Shown one piece after another: positions 1 to 12,830 of a stretch of 64,000 nucleotides of DNA. Numbering within the stretch: the first letter of the stretch is position 1; every line of letters begins with the position of its first letter. The DNA is from Sphyrna mokarran. Lineage: Eukaryota. Below the pieces are notes generated by a model. It had not been told where the DNA came from, made no database searches, and saw only the letters and a list, made by a program, of their open reading frames with translations. Both the position numbers and the translations under genes were made by a program. The stretch spans positions 30,442,001 to 30,506,000 of the forward strand of contig JAGIQG010000027.1 in assembly GCA_024679065.1 (NCBI GenBank), given 5' to 3'.

Positions 1-74
1 GCCCAAGAATTATGGGTGTGATGTCATCGCTAATTCTTTCTAAGATTAAAAGTGGACTCTCACTTTGATAACCA

Positions 75-445
75 TATCAGCTGGTAGCATTCTCACCTCT
101 GAGTTGTAAGGTTCTAGGTTCAAGTCGCACTCCGGGGCCTGAGCACAAAATCACGGCTGAAATCCGGTCTAGGACTGACACAATACCACAGTGTTGAAGA
201 TGCTATCTTTTGGTTGAGATATTAAACTGAGGCCCATCTGCCTGCTCAGGGATACAAAAGATCCCATGGCACTATTTGGAAGAAGAGCAGGACAATTATG
301 CCAAATGTCCTGGCCAATATTTATTCCTGAATCAAAATCACGATAACGGATTATCTGCTCCTCATCACCTTACTGTTTTTGTGATTTTGTTGTTGGACCC
401 AAATTGCTGCCATGTTTCCTACATTACGGAAGAAGGCGATTCACC
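75..445 (+). mobile_element. DeuSINE (SacSINE1/AmnSINE1-like) copy
   Basis: tRNA-like head (ggtagcattctcacctctgag...ggttcaagtc) and Deu-core-like gatcccatggcactatttggaagaagagcagg...gtcctggccaatatttattcc. Confidence 0.7.
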
Positions 446-449
446 CCAT

Positions 450-1720
450 CAAATCTGTGTTGGCACTATAGTCCCACTCCTCTAACTTATCCCCATAACT
501 TCGAACATCCTTTTCAGTTAGCAATCCAATTTTCTTTTGAATACTTGATCAAAACTGCCTCCACCACTTTCTCAGAAGTTTGTTTCAGAATCCAATCACC
601 CTCTGAAAATGTTTTTCCTCATATCACTTTTACTTCTTTTGCCAATTGTTTTGAACCTGTGCCCTCTATTTCTTGATGCTGTCCTGAGTGGGAACAGGTT
701 TTGACTATTCATTTGTCATACCCATTGAATACCACTTTCAAGTCGTTCTTTCTCCAGGAAAAAAACATCCAGTCCCTCCAAGCTATTCTCATAGCCACAG
801 TTCTTGATCCCTGGAAGCATTCTTGTGAATCTCTTTATTCTCTTTAATACCTTCACATCCTTCCTCCAGTATGGTGTTCAGAACTGGATGCAGAACTCTA
901 GCTGATGCCAAACTAAAGTCTTTTGCACATTTAACATGATCTCACTACTCTTGTAATCAGTCACCTATTAATAAAATTTAAGGCATTTATACTGCATCAT
1001 CACCTCCCATGTTGACAGAGCTTTATGAATTTTCTATCAACAGGGGAGGGATGATGTGGTGGTATTGTCACTGGTCCAGTTATTCAGAGACTCAGGGTAA
1101 TGCTCTGGGGACTAGGCTTTGAACGGTAGGTGATGAAATTTGAATTCAATAAAAATATGGAATTAAAAGTCTAATGACGAAACTTTGTCGATTGTCATAA
1201 AAACCATTTGGTTTATTAATGTTCTTTAGGGAAGAAAACCTGCCATCCTTATCTGGTCTGACCTCATGTGACTCCAGATCCACAGCATTGTGTTTGATTT
1301 TTAAATGTTCTCTGAAATGGCTTAGCAAGCCACTCAATACAGGAACAATTAAGGATGGGCAGTAAATGCTGATCAGCCAGTGACAACCAACCCGCTCCCC
1401 CCCCATCAAATCCTATGAATGGATACAAAAACACATGCCCTGTTATCTTCAATGATTACATACCAAGGTCCCTTTTATACAGTTGCTCCATATTCTTCCT
1501 GCCAAAATGAATCACCTGGCCCATCTCTGTAGTGAACTTCATCTTGTCTGCTCAATCCACCAACTTGTCTGTCATTTTGAAGTTTAAGACTATCCTCATC
1601 ATGGTTGACAACTTCTCCAATCAGTCTCTCATCTGCAGATTTTGAGATCATGCCTTAAACATCGCAGTCTAAATCATTAATATAGATTAGGAAGAACAAA
1701 GTTACCAGCATTGACTTTTC
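450..1720 (-). mobile_element. Decayed CR1-like LINE fragment, interrupted by a SINE at 1043-1420
   Basis: cagtatggtgttcagaactggatgcagaactcta is the antisense of a CR1 RT C-terminal 'YCVQFWSP'-like segment; tcatctgca (ADD motif antisense) near 1630. Confidence 0.6.
1043..1420 (+). mobile_element. tRNA-derived SINE with LINE-derived tail
   Basis: Head gtggtattgtcactgg...gggtaatgctctgggga; tail ggatgggcagtaaatgctg...cctatgaatg. A similar copy lies at 47510-47970 on the opposite strand. Confidence 0.65.
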
Positions 1721-3589
1721 ATACAGAATATAGGGCCAAGAGTGTAACATGTGTAGAGGCCAGGGAGAGTAGATTTTTCTAATGTTTGATGTCGCGTAGA
1801 ATCCTAAACACTTAAAATTGGGACGATTTCTGCATGCTCTCCTGGGAGATCTTCCTTGAGACTGCTGGTTGAGAGATTTGATCTGGGTCCATTGTTCGAT
1901 TAAGGATGGGACAAGTTCCTGAGACCCTGAAAAGATGGCAGCGTGATCACTGAAATTGAGTGTTGCTGCTGCAGAATAGGATGTTCATCTTGAGGCATCC
2001 TTTGAAGAGATTTCAATTTTAAAAAATGAGCTCTGGCCACAGCTCCTGAGCTATTTTGTAGGAAGCCCCTCCATAGGATAGCCCACTTTTGTAGTTAGAT
2101 TCTGCTGGTCCATGCTGCTTCAGTTGGTCGGTAGTGGGGTTAAGAACAGAAGATTGTGAGCCCCCTGGCCAGCTGCTAGCAAGCTGCTGCATGGTACCTG
2201 CCAGGCATTGATCTCAGCAGGAGGCCAGTCCAGTGTTGGCAAGATGCTGGTGGCTTCACCAAATCAATCCAAATTGGGCACTTAATTATTCAAATTTGAT
2301 GGCTGCTGTTGTTAGGTTGGTGGCCGTCGTCTCTGGCAAGGTCATCCAGAGGCTGAAATGCATTGGGCCACTAAGCCTAATCTCTCGTATGTAAATTTCT
2401 GATTAGTCCTTCCATTGGATCAGGAATATTTTTGTCATATTCACACTGTAGCATTTGGAAGAAAGCGACAGCAAAGCTGGATGACTCTATTGCTATCTTG
2501 GGAAGAAGGTTTGCTGTTGCCAGACAGGATGGGTTATAGCAGGAGGAGAATAGGAAATGCTCATGTTGTGGCAAACTGGCTGCATTTTATGCGAGTTAGA
2601 TGGATGTGTGTTTGTGCATACTAGAGTATTGCAATAAGCGTTGTCAAACATTAGATTTTAAATATAAATAATTTGTTTGTGGGGGGGCGGGGGGGGTTGA
2701 ATGAAAGCGTGGCAACTGCAGGTCCATGATTACGTCTATTGCTGATAATTACAGGTTTGGAACTTCAGTTGTGATAAATATGTGAGCACAGATATTACTG
2801 ATTAGAAAAATAAGACACAGCTGGAAAATCATTGTTTCAACAAAGAAATCTAAGTAATAAACTGAAAAGGGTGACTTCAGAGTTTATATCCTCTTCAACA
2901 TTATCTCCTTTGCCGTCACCACAGCCTATTCCGTGCCAAAACAATATTTACTTAATACTGTATTAGATTCCACTTTAATTCTTGTCCTGTATTAAATTTG
3001 TAACACAAGATATTTTTCAGCGAACAGACATCTTGTCAAAGGCTAATGGTGCCTATATTGCTACGATACAATAGCATTGCTTTATTAGAAAGATTTACAC
3101 GTTGAAGATCTTATCCTCAGTTGGTTGCAATGTATTACTCTGCTGCCGAAATGAACAGGCTTTTGGGCCAAGTGCTTGAGGTAGCGGTTTCAGTTCTTTG
3201 TTTCTCTGTGATCTGTGTAATATTTCAGCTGATTTAAGTGGCTTTTGTCATGTTGGTAGAGCAACCATCCTGGATTGACAGATGAAAATGAGTTTGAAAT
3301 GTTTTCAAAATTGAAGTGGGTTTCAGCATCATTTACTTTGCATGAATTGACAGTCTTCTCTGTTTTACTTAATTGCAGAATATATCTCTATTAATACTCC
3401 CAGAATGCAGGTAATTTTCAAACTATAATTCATGACATATGGTAGTGTGATATGCTTGGCAAGGAAGGTGACTTTGGACCAATAGTACCCAAGGCTTGGG
3501 AGGAACAGGTGGTTTGAGACCTACAGTTTTCAGAGCTTTCCACCACAGGGGATTTCTCTTGTTACGCGTCTGTGTATTGCAGACTAATT

Positions 3590-3942
3590 CAGCATTGCCC
3601 AAAGGAAATTGCTGATTGGTTACGTGTGGCTATGGTGACATCATTTTAGCCATATGTACTAATGTTAGTTAAAGAAACACCTTGCATACATAATTTGGGT
3701 AAATGCACTTCATAAATAAGTTTTCTTAACAAATTCAGTTACCAAGGAGGTAAAACATTTGCAACTTGCTATGTTTTTATATTATTTTACTAACATACGC
3801 AAATAGCACAACTGCAAGTATGAATATGAAAATCACGTGCCCAACTGCAGTGTTTTTTATACTCCCTAAAAAATGCAATTAACTTCACTTGGTGTTACAA
3901 TTAGCCACATGTGGCTAGCAGCTAATGTGTCGATCAACACTG
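3590..3942. mobile_element. hAT-Charlie-like MITE (MER3/MER33-like)
   Basis: Termini cagcattgcccaa / tcgatcaacactg; subterminal gccacatgtggcta; 8-bp TSD gactaatt (3582-3589) / gactaact (3943-3950). Confidence 0.75.
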
Positions 3943-4084
3943 GACTAACTGATAAAGATTGATTGCCATGATTAGTCAATGATTGCACTATTGTCGTATC
4001 ATGCGATTACCAAGATAGTAGAAGATGAACCAGATGTACAATTTTTTTCACCTAGTAATGTTTTATGCAAAACAGTAGGAAATA

Positions 4085-4170
4085 GAAATAGAAAATGCTG
4101 GAAAAACTCGTATCTCGCAGCATCTGTGGAGAGAGAAACAGAGTTAATGTTTCAGTTTGTGACCTTTGAT
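4085..4170. repeat. Half copy of the palindromic Penelope-derived short repeat
   Basis: aaaatgctggaaaaactc...gcagcatctgtggagagagaaacagagttaatgtttc resembles the arm at 50265-50330. Confidence 0.6.
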
Positions 4171-5461
4171 CGGAGTAGGAAATTTATTAGTTGCTGTAGT
4201 GATAATGTGATTCATGTGGTGATGCTCAAAATCTGGCTTTTTTATTATTAATGGGGTACCTGTAGTAATATGGATTAAGATGTGAAAGGGAATCTAGCTG
4301 ACCTCAGAAGGCTGCATATAAACTGTAATAAAGTGATGTTGCTAGGGATGGTTTTCTCACTTATAATGAGTATGTTTGCTTGAGTTGTCAGTAGTACCAA
4401 ATATGCTTCAAATTGTTTTTGTAAGTCAGCTTTCTTGAACCAAATTTAAAACATGTTATTCTGGATTTTGAGCTTTTGTTTCACATTCAACACCAAAGCT
4501 ACGAATGCAGAGAAATTTAAGAGTATATTAATAAATACCACATTAATGTTAAGGCTCCAATTTCTACATACTCATCTTTAGTTTTCAATGGATACTCATT
4601 TGCGAAGGTGAAATTCCAGTTGCTATGCTTTGTAAGCATACAAGGTTGATGAGGATGAGAATATGATTAGTGATGAGTATATACAAATCGAATGTTTGTG
4701 AAATTGACACTGGCCTTCATGAGAAAAATGTTTTAATAATTGTTGACAGATTGTCAACTCATTACATTGATAATGACATTGTGTTGCTGTCAGACACTTA
4801 TTATTTTCAAAAACATCTTAATTTTGCAATTAAAGAAGTGATGATAAATGACAATATACTAGGGCAACATTAAAACCCCAACGATTCCTCAAAGTTCAAA
4901 AGCATTGTATGTAACTAAGCAACAAATGTTTGCTGTGGACATTTGGTTTCTTCTACTGTGTCATCAAGTATGTATTGATCGCTATTAATATATTTGGATG
5001 ACTTGGATTGTGTTTTGTGTGGTTTGTTTTACAGTAGCATGAAATCCATTGAATCTGTTGAGCTTGGGGTAAAATTAAATCTCTGAATGCAATGGGCTCG
5101 CACTTTATTACTGCCCACTGTGTGTATTGAGTCTCGTCCTGCCCAAGGCTGTTTGAAAACTGAAGTTTTCATTAAGTTTAGATGATCCTAATGAGAATTA
5201 AATGTGACCTTTTATAAAGCAAGGAGTATGGATAATTCATATAAAATTACTCTTCCCACAGATTCTTTTGAGAACTTGACCAATCTGAATTTTTGCTCAT
5301 CTGTTAAATTTGAACAAGAATATTTATGTAGTGCCTTTTCTCTCATAAAACAAGTGCAGGCACTTCACAGTTTGACAGTGAGTTGCGTAGAGAGATATTA
5401 GGACATACGAACGGAGCCTTGATCAACAGTGTAGTTATAAGAGGTGCCCTAAAGAAATGGA

Positions 5462-5555
5462 CACAGTGAGAAGTCCTGTAATACCAGGTTAAAGTCCATC
5501 AGGTTTATTTGGTATTGCGAGCTTTTGCAGCGTTTCTCCTCCATCAGGTGAATGG
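5462..5555 (-). mobile_element. Solo Penelope pseudo-LTR 3' fragment with degenerate hammerhead motif
   Basis: Reverse complement resembles 8826-8920 (ccattcacctgat...aaataaa...ggactt.aacc.ggt). Confidence 0.7.
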
Positions 5556-5689
5556 TTCGTAAGGAAATTCCAGAACTTAAGGCCTACGCCGCTGAAAACA
5601 TGGTCACCAATTGTTAAAATTGAAGATGGACAAGCAATGAGCTTTGGAAGGGCTTAAAGATCTCATGGCAAGAGGAAGTTGATGTATTG

Positions 5690-6015
5690 GTTGTAATCTA
5701 CCAAATCTCTCTCAATTCTGGAAAGATCCCAGTACCTTCCCCAAATTAACACCTCTGTTCAAGAAAGGAAAGAGACAGAAAACTGGAAAGAGAAGGCCAG
5801 TCAGACTAATAGCTTTCATTGTGCAAATGCTGGAATCCATTGTTAAGTAGTAGTAGTGATAGTAGCAGGACACCTGGAAAATTATTATACAATGAAGCAA
5901 AGTCAACATAGTTTAATGAAATGGAAATGGTGTATGATAAACTTATTTACACGGTAGGTAAAGAGAAACAGTGGATATATATTTGAAATTCCAAATAAGG
6001 TGCCACAGGTTAAAA
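5690..6015 (+). mobile_element. CR1-like LINE RT fragment
   Basis: acacctctgttcaagaaagga...aggccagtcagactaa ('TPLFKKG...RPVSL'-like); degenerate. Confidence 0.6.
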
Positions 6016-7130
6016 ACTCAGTGTTGACAAGAGACCCTAGGATACATCCTCATACTTGGGCAGCCATCCCCCTCAAAAGCAGCCATTGGCTTGGAGATCC
6101 AACACTGGATTAATCTTCTACAAATTATGATAGCATGTTTATCAACAAAGACCTTAAAGTCAACCACAGAATAGTTTTGTCTCCACACTCTTGTACTGCT
6201 GTGAGACCTGGACTGAGTATCAGTGATACATTAGAGTGTGATAGAAATTCCATCAGCAATTCCCTTGCCACCACCTCTGGATTCAATGGGAGGACTGTTG
6301 AACAACCACAAATATCCTCCTTGAAGCCTACTCCACAAGCATTCACGTGCATATGGAGGTGTTGTTGCGCACTCTGCTTTCTATGTTTTGAGTCTGTGCA
6401 AAATAAAGTAAAGCTGAGTTCATCCTATCTTGAATTTGCTTTGGGGTTAAAAATACAAACTTGGATTGCACAAAAACCTGAAGGGGTTGGGGGAAATGCA
6501 CATCACTTGTAAAGAGGGAAACATGTCAAAACATTTTTCTGTTTACTGATGGTAGTGTGAGGAGAAATTAGACCTGTTTAAATTTGCTCCCTCCTATCTC
6601 TAACAATATTTTTTAATCACTAAGGAAGCCAAAACAATATGCAGTACTCCAGATTGTTCTCTCAAAGCCCTATGGAGAACTCCAGATGTGCTCTCACCAA
6701 TGCTCTACACAGCTTTAACAAAACTTCCCTACTTATTTCCCTTTGTAATAAAGGCCTGTTGCAAGCTATAGCCTGTTGCAAGCTATAGCCTAACAATATA
6801 AGCCTTCCTAATCACTTGCTGCACCTGCGTACCAACTCTTTTGTGATCCATGTACCAGGAGGCCCAGATTTCTCTGTACTCAGGTCTGCAATCTCTCTTT
6901 AAATAATTGCTTTTCAGTTCTTCCTACCAAAATGGAAAAGTTCACATTTTCCTACATTATATTTCATCTGCCAAATTTATGCCCATCTACTTTGCCTTTA
7001 TATATCTCTCTGTAGACTCATTATGTCCTCTTCACAACCTATTCACCTACTGTGTCATCAGCAAATTTAGCAACCAGACATTCCACCCTTCCTCTAAGTC
7101 ACGAATACAGATTGCAAACATTTTGAGGCC

Positions 7131-8408
7131 TCATCGTCAGGTGAATGGAGAGTTCTGGCCTCAGACAGAGCATATAACAGCACAGACAGTTTACTGATTA
7201 CTGATTAGAATGTGAGTCTTTACAACGAACCTGCTGTTCAAGTCTTAAAGATGCCGACAGTGTGAGTGGAAAGAGCATTATGCATAGGTTAAAGAGATGT
7301 GTGTTGTCTCCAGATAGTATAGTGTGAGATTTTGTAAACCCAGGCAAGTTGTGAGGTTTACAGATAGTGTGACATGAACCCAAGATCCCTGTTGAGACCG
7401 TCCTCGTGTGTGCAGAACTTGGTTATCAGTCTCTGCTCCGTGACTGTGTTGTCGTGTGTCGTGAAGGCTGCCTTGGAGAGCGCTTTAACCAAAGGTCAGA
7501 TGCCGAATGCCTGTGACTGCTGAAATGTTCACCAGCAGGAAGGGAACAGTCTTGCCCAGTGATTATCGAATGATGTTCGTTCATCTGTTGTCGTAGCGTC
7601 TGCATGGTCTCCCCAATGTACCATGCTTCAGGACATCTTTTCCTGCAGCGTATTAGATCGACAACGTTGGCCGAATTACGAGTGTATCTGGTGGAAGGTG
7701 TTCTCACGTGTGATGATGTCATCCATGTTGATGATCCTGTATGTCTTGCAGAGGTTGCCGTGGCAGGGTTGTTTAGTTTTATGGTCACTGTTCTGTTGAA
7801 GGCTGGGTAGTTTGCTGCGAACAATGATCTGTTTGAGGTTGTGCGGTTGTTTGAAGGTAAGATGTGGGGATGGACCTGGCGAGATGTTCGTTTTCATCAA
7901 TGATATGTTGAAGACTCCGGAGAAGAGATCATAGCTTCTCTGCTCCGGTGAAGTACTGGACGACGAAGGGTATTCTCCACCGTGTCCCGTGTTGGTCTTC
8001 TGAGGAGGTCAGTGCAGTTTTTCACTGTGGCGCATCGGAACTGTCAATTGATGAGTCGAGCATCATATCCTGTTCTTATGAGGGCATCTTTCAGCATCTG
8101 GAGGTGTCTCTCTCAATCCTCCTCGTCTGAGCAGATCCTGTGTATGCAGAGGACTTGTCTATAGGGAATGGCTTTTTTAATGTGTTTAGGGTGGAAGCTG
8201 GAGAAGTGGAGTATTGTGAGGTTGTCTGTGGGCTTGCAGTACAGTGAGATGACATCCTTGATGGACATGCATGTGTCCAAGAATGCATTCGATTCGAAAG
8301 AATAGTCCATGGTGACTCTATGGTGGGATGGAACTTGTTGATGTCATCGTATAGTTGTTTCAGTAATTGTTCACCATGAGTCCAAGGAAGAAAATGTCAT
8401 CAATGTAA
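7131..8408 (-). mobile_element. 5'-truncated Penelope-like retroelement: RT C-terminus plus GIY-YIG endonuclease, frameshifted
   Basis: ORF remnants YCKPTDNLTILHFSSFHPKHIKKAIPYRQ..RICS (PLE RT thumb-like) and NVVDLIRCRKRCPEAWYIGETMQTLRQQMNEH (GIY-YIG). Confidence 0.88.
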
Positions 8409-8920
8409 TCACTCGACAATCACCAGGCAAGTCTGTTTCCTTCCAGTTGGTGAACACTTCAGCGGTCACCGACATTCAGCCTCTGACCTTCGGGTAAGCG
8501 TTCTCCAAGGCGGCCTTTATGACTCACAACAATGCAGAGTCACTGAGCAGAGGCTGATGACCAAGTTCCGCGCACACGAGGACGGTCTCAACCGGGATCT
8601 TCTGTTCATGTTGCACTATCTGTAACTCTCATGATTTGCCTGGGTTTGCAAAAGCTCACTGGGAGACAATACACATCTCTTTAACCTATGCATAGTGCTC
8701 TTTTCACTCACATTGTCAGCATCTTTAAGATCTGAATAGTAGGTTAGTTGTAAAGAATTGTATTCTAATCAATAATCCGTAAACTCTCTGTGCTGTTATA
8801 TGCTCTGTCTGAGGCCAGAATTCTCCATTCACCTGATGAAGGGCAAACTCTGAAGGCTTGTGAGTTTACTATCAAATAAATTGGTTGGACTTAAACCCGG
8901 TGTTGTCAGACTTCTTACTA
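8409..8920 (+). mobile_element. Inverted Penelope pseudo-LTR
   Basis: 8409-8840 is a diverged reverse complement of about 7134-7573 (e.g. gctgttatatgctctgtctgaggccagaa vs ttctggcctcagacagagcatataacagc). Confidence 0.88.
8829..8863 (+). ncRNA. Minimal hammerhead ribozyme motif with one core substitution
   Basis: tcac-CTGATGA-aggg(caaa)ctct-GAAG-gctt-gtga: stem I tcac/gtga, stem II aggg/ctct, GAAA changed to GAAG. Penelope pLTRs are known to carry such motifs. Confidence 0.6.
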
Positions 8921-9974
8921 TCCTATTGGCTTGCCAATCTTCAATCCATGCTAATGTTATCCCTTACAATTCTACACCATGAGCTATTATTTTGTATAAT
9001 AACCTTTAATGCGGCACTTTATCAAATGCCTTTTGGAAATCTAAGCACACCCCATTTACATGTTTTCCATTATTCACTCTGCTTGTTACTTTCTCCAAGA
9101 ACTCCAATAAATTAATCAAACACAATTTCTCTTTCATAAAACCAAGTTGACTGTCTGACTGCATTGAGATTTTCTAAGTGCCCTGCTATAACCTCCTTAA
9201 TAAATTCTAGCATTTTTCAATTTTTTGAATGTTAGACTAACTTGTCTGTAGTTTGCTGCTTCCTCCTTTCTTGGCTAGAGGAGTTAAATGTGCTGTTTTA
9301 TGATTTGATAGAACCTTTCCAGAATCTAAGGAATTTTGGAAAATCACAACCAATGTACTTGCCATCTCCACAACCACTTCTTTCAAGACACTAGAATACA
9401 GGCCATCAGATTATGGGAACTTGTTAGATTTTGATTTGAATAGTTTCCTTAGTACCCTTTCCCTGGTGATTTTAATTATTCTGAGTTCCTCCTTGCCTTT
9501 CACCAGTTGACTCACAAAAATTTCAACGTTCTCGAGTGTTACTTGTGCCTCCTGCCATGAAGGCAGACACAAAATATCTGTCACTGTATCTGCCATTTTT
9601 GTATTTCCAAATGTTCATTCATTCTTCTGGCAAGAGCCAGCACTCCGTTTTAATCTACTGCTAATCTTTGTGGGCTGGTGCACTATTTCTTTCAATTTAA
9701 TACTTTTTTCCTTCCTTTGTTAGTCATGTGTACATTCTTCTAGAATCTTTTGCACTGGCGTGTACTTTTGCTGAGTGTTATGAAATTTTTTTCTTAAAGT
9801 TTGCCACTACATCTGTTCTATCCTACCTTTTAACCTCAGTCCCCAGTTCACTTTAGCTAGCTCTGCCTTGCCCTTGTGATTGCCTTTATTTAAATTTAAA
9901 AGGCTTGTCTTAGACCCTCAAATTGAATTCAAAATTTGATCATGTTATGGTCATTGCTGTGTAGTGGCTCCTAC

Positions 9975-10900
9975 TCTGTGGGAGTGAAATTGTAACTGAG
10001 TAGTAGTATACAGCAGGGGTCAGTGCTGGGGCTCAACTATTTACAACCTTAGAGGAAGAGACTGGGTTTATTGCAGTTAAATAAAGATAGGTTGAAAAAT
10101 TAAGAGAAAGACACAAGGTATCTGAAAAGGGAAATAGATGGGTTAGGTGATTGAGCAAAAATCTGTCTGATGGAGTTTAATGTGGGAGAAAATGTTAGAT
10201 TATCCACTTGGAAAGAAAAAAGCAGAATATTATTTGAATGAAGAGGGCATGCATACAGAATGTTCTGGTACAGTGGGATCACAAAAAGTTGGCATGCAAG
10301 TATAGCAAATAATTAAGGCAAATTAATGTTGGTTTATGTTACAGGGGTGTAAAAGTAAGAAAATTCTGTTCCAACTGTGCATTGATAAGATCATAACTGG
10401 TTTACTGTATATAGTTTTGACTTGCTTAAGTTGGGATATGCTTGCATTAGTGGCAATTCAGAGACATTTACTAGGTTGAAATGAAATGGTTGCTCTTTGA
10501 GGAAAGGTTGAGCATGTTGGGCCTATACTCATTGGTGTTTTGAAGAATGAGATGTGATAATTATAATCTTCTAAGTGGGTTTGATAGAGTCTTCACTGAA
10601 GATGTTTACCCTTGTGGGAAATGTATAACTGGGGGACATAATTTCAAAATAAGGGATTCCTTTTATGGATGGAGTTGGAGGAATTCCCCCTCTCAGAAAA
10701 ATGTTAGTCTTTGGAATTCTCTCTCCCAGTGAGCAGTGGAGGCCAGGCCATTGAATATGTTCAAAACCAAGGTAGACAGATTCTCAATCTACAAGCGAGT
10801 CAAACTTTAGGTGGGGCAGGCTAGAAAATGGAGTTAAGGCCATAATCTTATCGAAAGGTAGAATAGGCTAGAGGGGTGAATGGACCTATTCCAGCTTCTG
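9975..10900 (+). mobile_element. CR1-like LINE 3' portion
   Basis: caggggtcagtgctggggctcaactattt ('QGSVLG.QLF'), gtttaatgtgggagaa, ctttggaattctctctcccag and a CR1-type tail. Confidence 0.75.
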
Positions 10901-12830
10901 TGTTGATTAGGCTATGGGCTTTTTTGAGAATAATGAGAATTTTAAAATTGAAATTTCATTGGAATCTATGCCACTGCAGTCAACATGCAGTGGAGCGATG
11001 GGCAGAAGGAACTTAATGTGATTAGGATATGGACAGCAGAATTTTGGGTTAAGTTAAGGTTATGTTGAGTGGTGGAGTTCTTACTCTAATATCAGAGATT
11101 GCAGATATCCTTGAATGCATCTACATAAGGCTGGTATTGTGCATTATGGATCCAAAGTTTAACAGTATCATATTGCCTCAGAGTCGAACCAATAATGCAA
11201 CTGATCTTTTCTTACATAACTTATTGGAGATTCTAAGGAAGTTCGCAAAGAGGAAATTGGGTTTCTTTTTCAGTTTTATTGCATTTCTAAATTGTTGTCA
11301 TTGTTATTGATGCTGTCTGAAGTCTCTAACTCTAAAACCTCTGTGATCTGTAACATATTTTCCATCTTCAGTTGGGAAAGTGCATCAGTACGTTTGGGGT
11401 GATATTCTTCTGATTTAAAGTCTTTAGTATACCATTGTTCAAAAAACACTAACATGAGAGATAAATTTATGATTACAAACCTTCTCAACCTGTTATGTTG
11501 AGTAAAGAGTGTAAGATTAATTTACCAAGATACAGAATGTTTGCGCAGCAAGACATTCAAATTAGTACCACATTAATTGTTTTGATATCTATTCTTTAAT
11601 AAACTGCTGTGGCCTAATTCTTCAGATCCAACTCACTCAACTTTGCATTTTGTGTGCATTATATTGCAGTATGAAACATTGATTTTATTTGGCTGTATTT
11701 ATGTTGCGTTGGTGCATTTTTGTTTCACATTGATGTTAACGAGTTCTAGTATTTTATACTAAATTAGAACTAATTTTGGGAAGTGCCATCAGGTAGAAAT
11801 ATTGCTGAATCTTTTCACTGAATTCAAGTGGGATGAATTGTAGTATGGAATTTGGACTGAGAAAATCTTTTGGCTCATATTGGGATTCAAACAGCAGTAA
11901 TAGCGGACTAAGTTATTCTTTAAATGTTGTTTAATCATGACTCTCATTGCAATGTGTTTTTACCTCTTTGAATGTTACAAGTTAACAACTTGAACCTTTT
12001 TTATTGATATTAATTCAATGGCACAGAAGAACATTGCGGCAAAGCAGAGAAATAATGAAAATACAAGAAATATTATTTACAAATGCCTGAATTACTAGTT
12101 TCATAGTTTAACAAAAGTAAAAGTTCAGTTTTCTGAATAGATCTGATCTTATATGGCTTGTCTCTCAATCTCAGTGCCACTGAGTCTGTCTGTAATGTAA
12201 ATGGAGTTTACTACCTTGTAATGTTCAGCAAAAGAAGAATTTGATGTAGCTGCAGTATGAGTCAGAGCACAGCACAAGTGATGAGCTACAAAACACTACT
12301 GCAGTTTGAATCAGATTGAATTGTTCAAAAGAGCTTTGCTGTTTTGTTCTGTCATTTGTGGGGGGAAAAAGGGATAATGGACGAAGCTGACATGGTGGCT
12401 ACTGGGTGAACCATGAAGCTTGATAACTTGGCTAAAATGTTGCATTGAAAATGACCACTTATTATTTCTACCCAGTTCCATAATTGAAAATACCTTTTGA
12501 ATGGATTATACAGGCGAGATTCAGAACAAATATGCTAATGGTCTCAATTAAATGAGAACAAAATGGATGCACAGATCACAGCTGTGCTTTTCAGTAATGG
12601 GAACGTTTTTGAGATGGTTTTAACAGTTTGCCTCTCTGTGTGAGAATGATGCTGTTTAAAAAAAAAAATACTGATTTGTAAGGCGGTGACCCGTTCACTC
12701 CAAACTAAACCAGTTTCTTTCAGTGTACTTGTGTAATTGTTGTAAAGCATGTGTCAGATAGTCTGATTGCATTGTTCATGCAAGACCTTGTGTTCATCTG
12801 GGAAGTAGAATTTGAATGGATAAACCTTTT

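Larger units (their letters stand above)
6590..9970 (-). mobile_element. CR1-like LINE fragment split by a Penelope insertion (pieces 6590-7130 and 8920-9970)
   Basis: gcagtactccaga, gtgtcatcagcaaattt and ggcactttatcaaatgccttttggaaatc ('DFQKAFDKVP' antisense) occur in colinear order across the insertion. Confidence 0.75.

Noticed and set aside
6754-6787. 17-bp tandem duplication gcctgttgcaagctata x2
   Set aside because: Ordinary slippage or repair duplication inside a CR1 fragment; not CRISPR-like.
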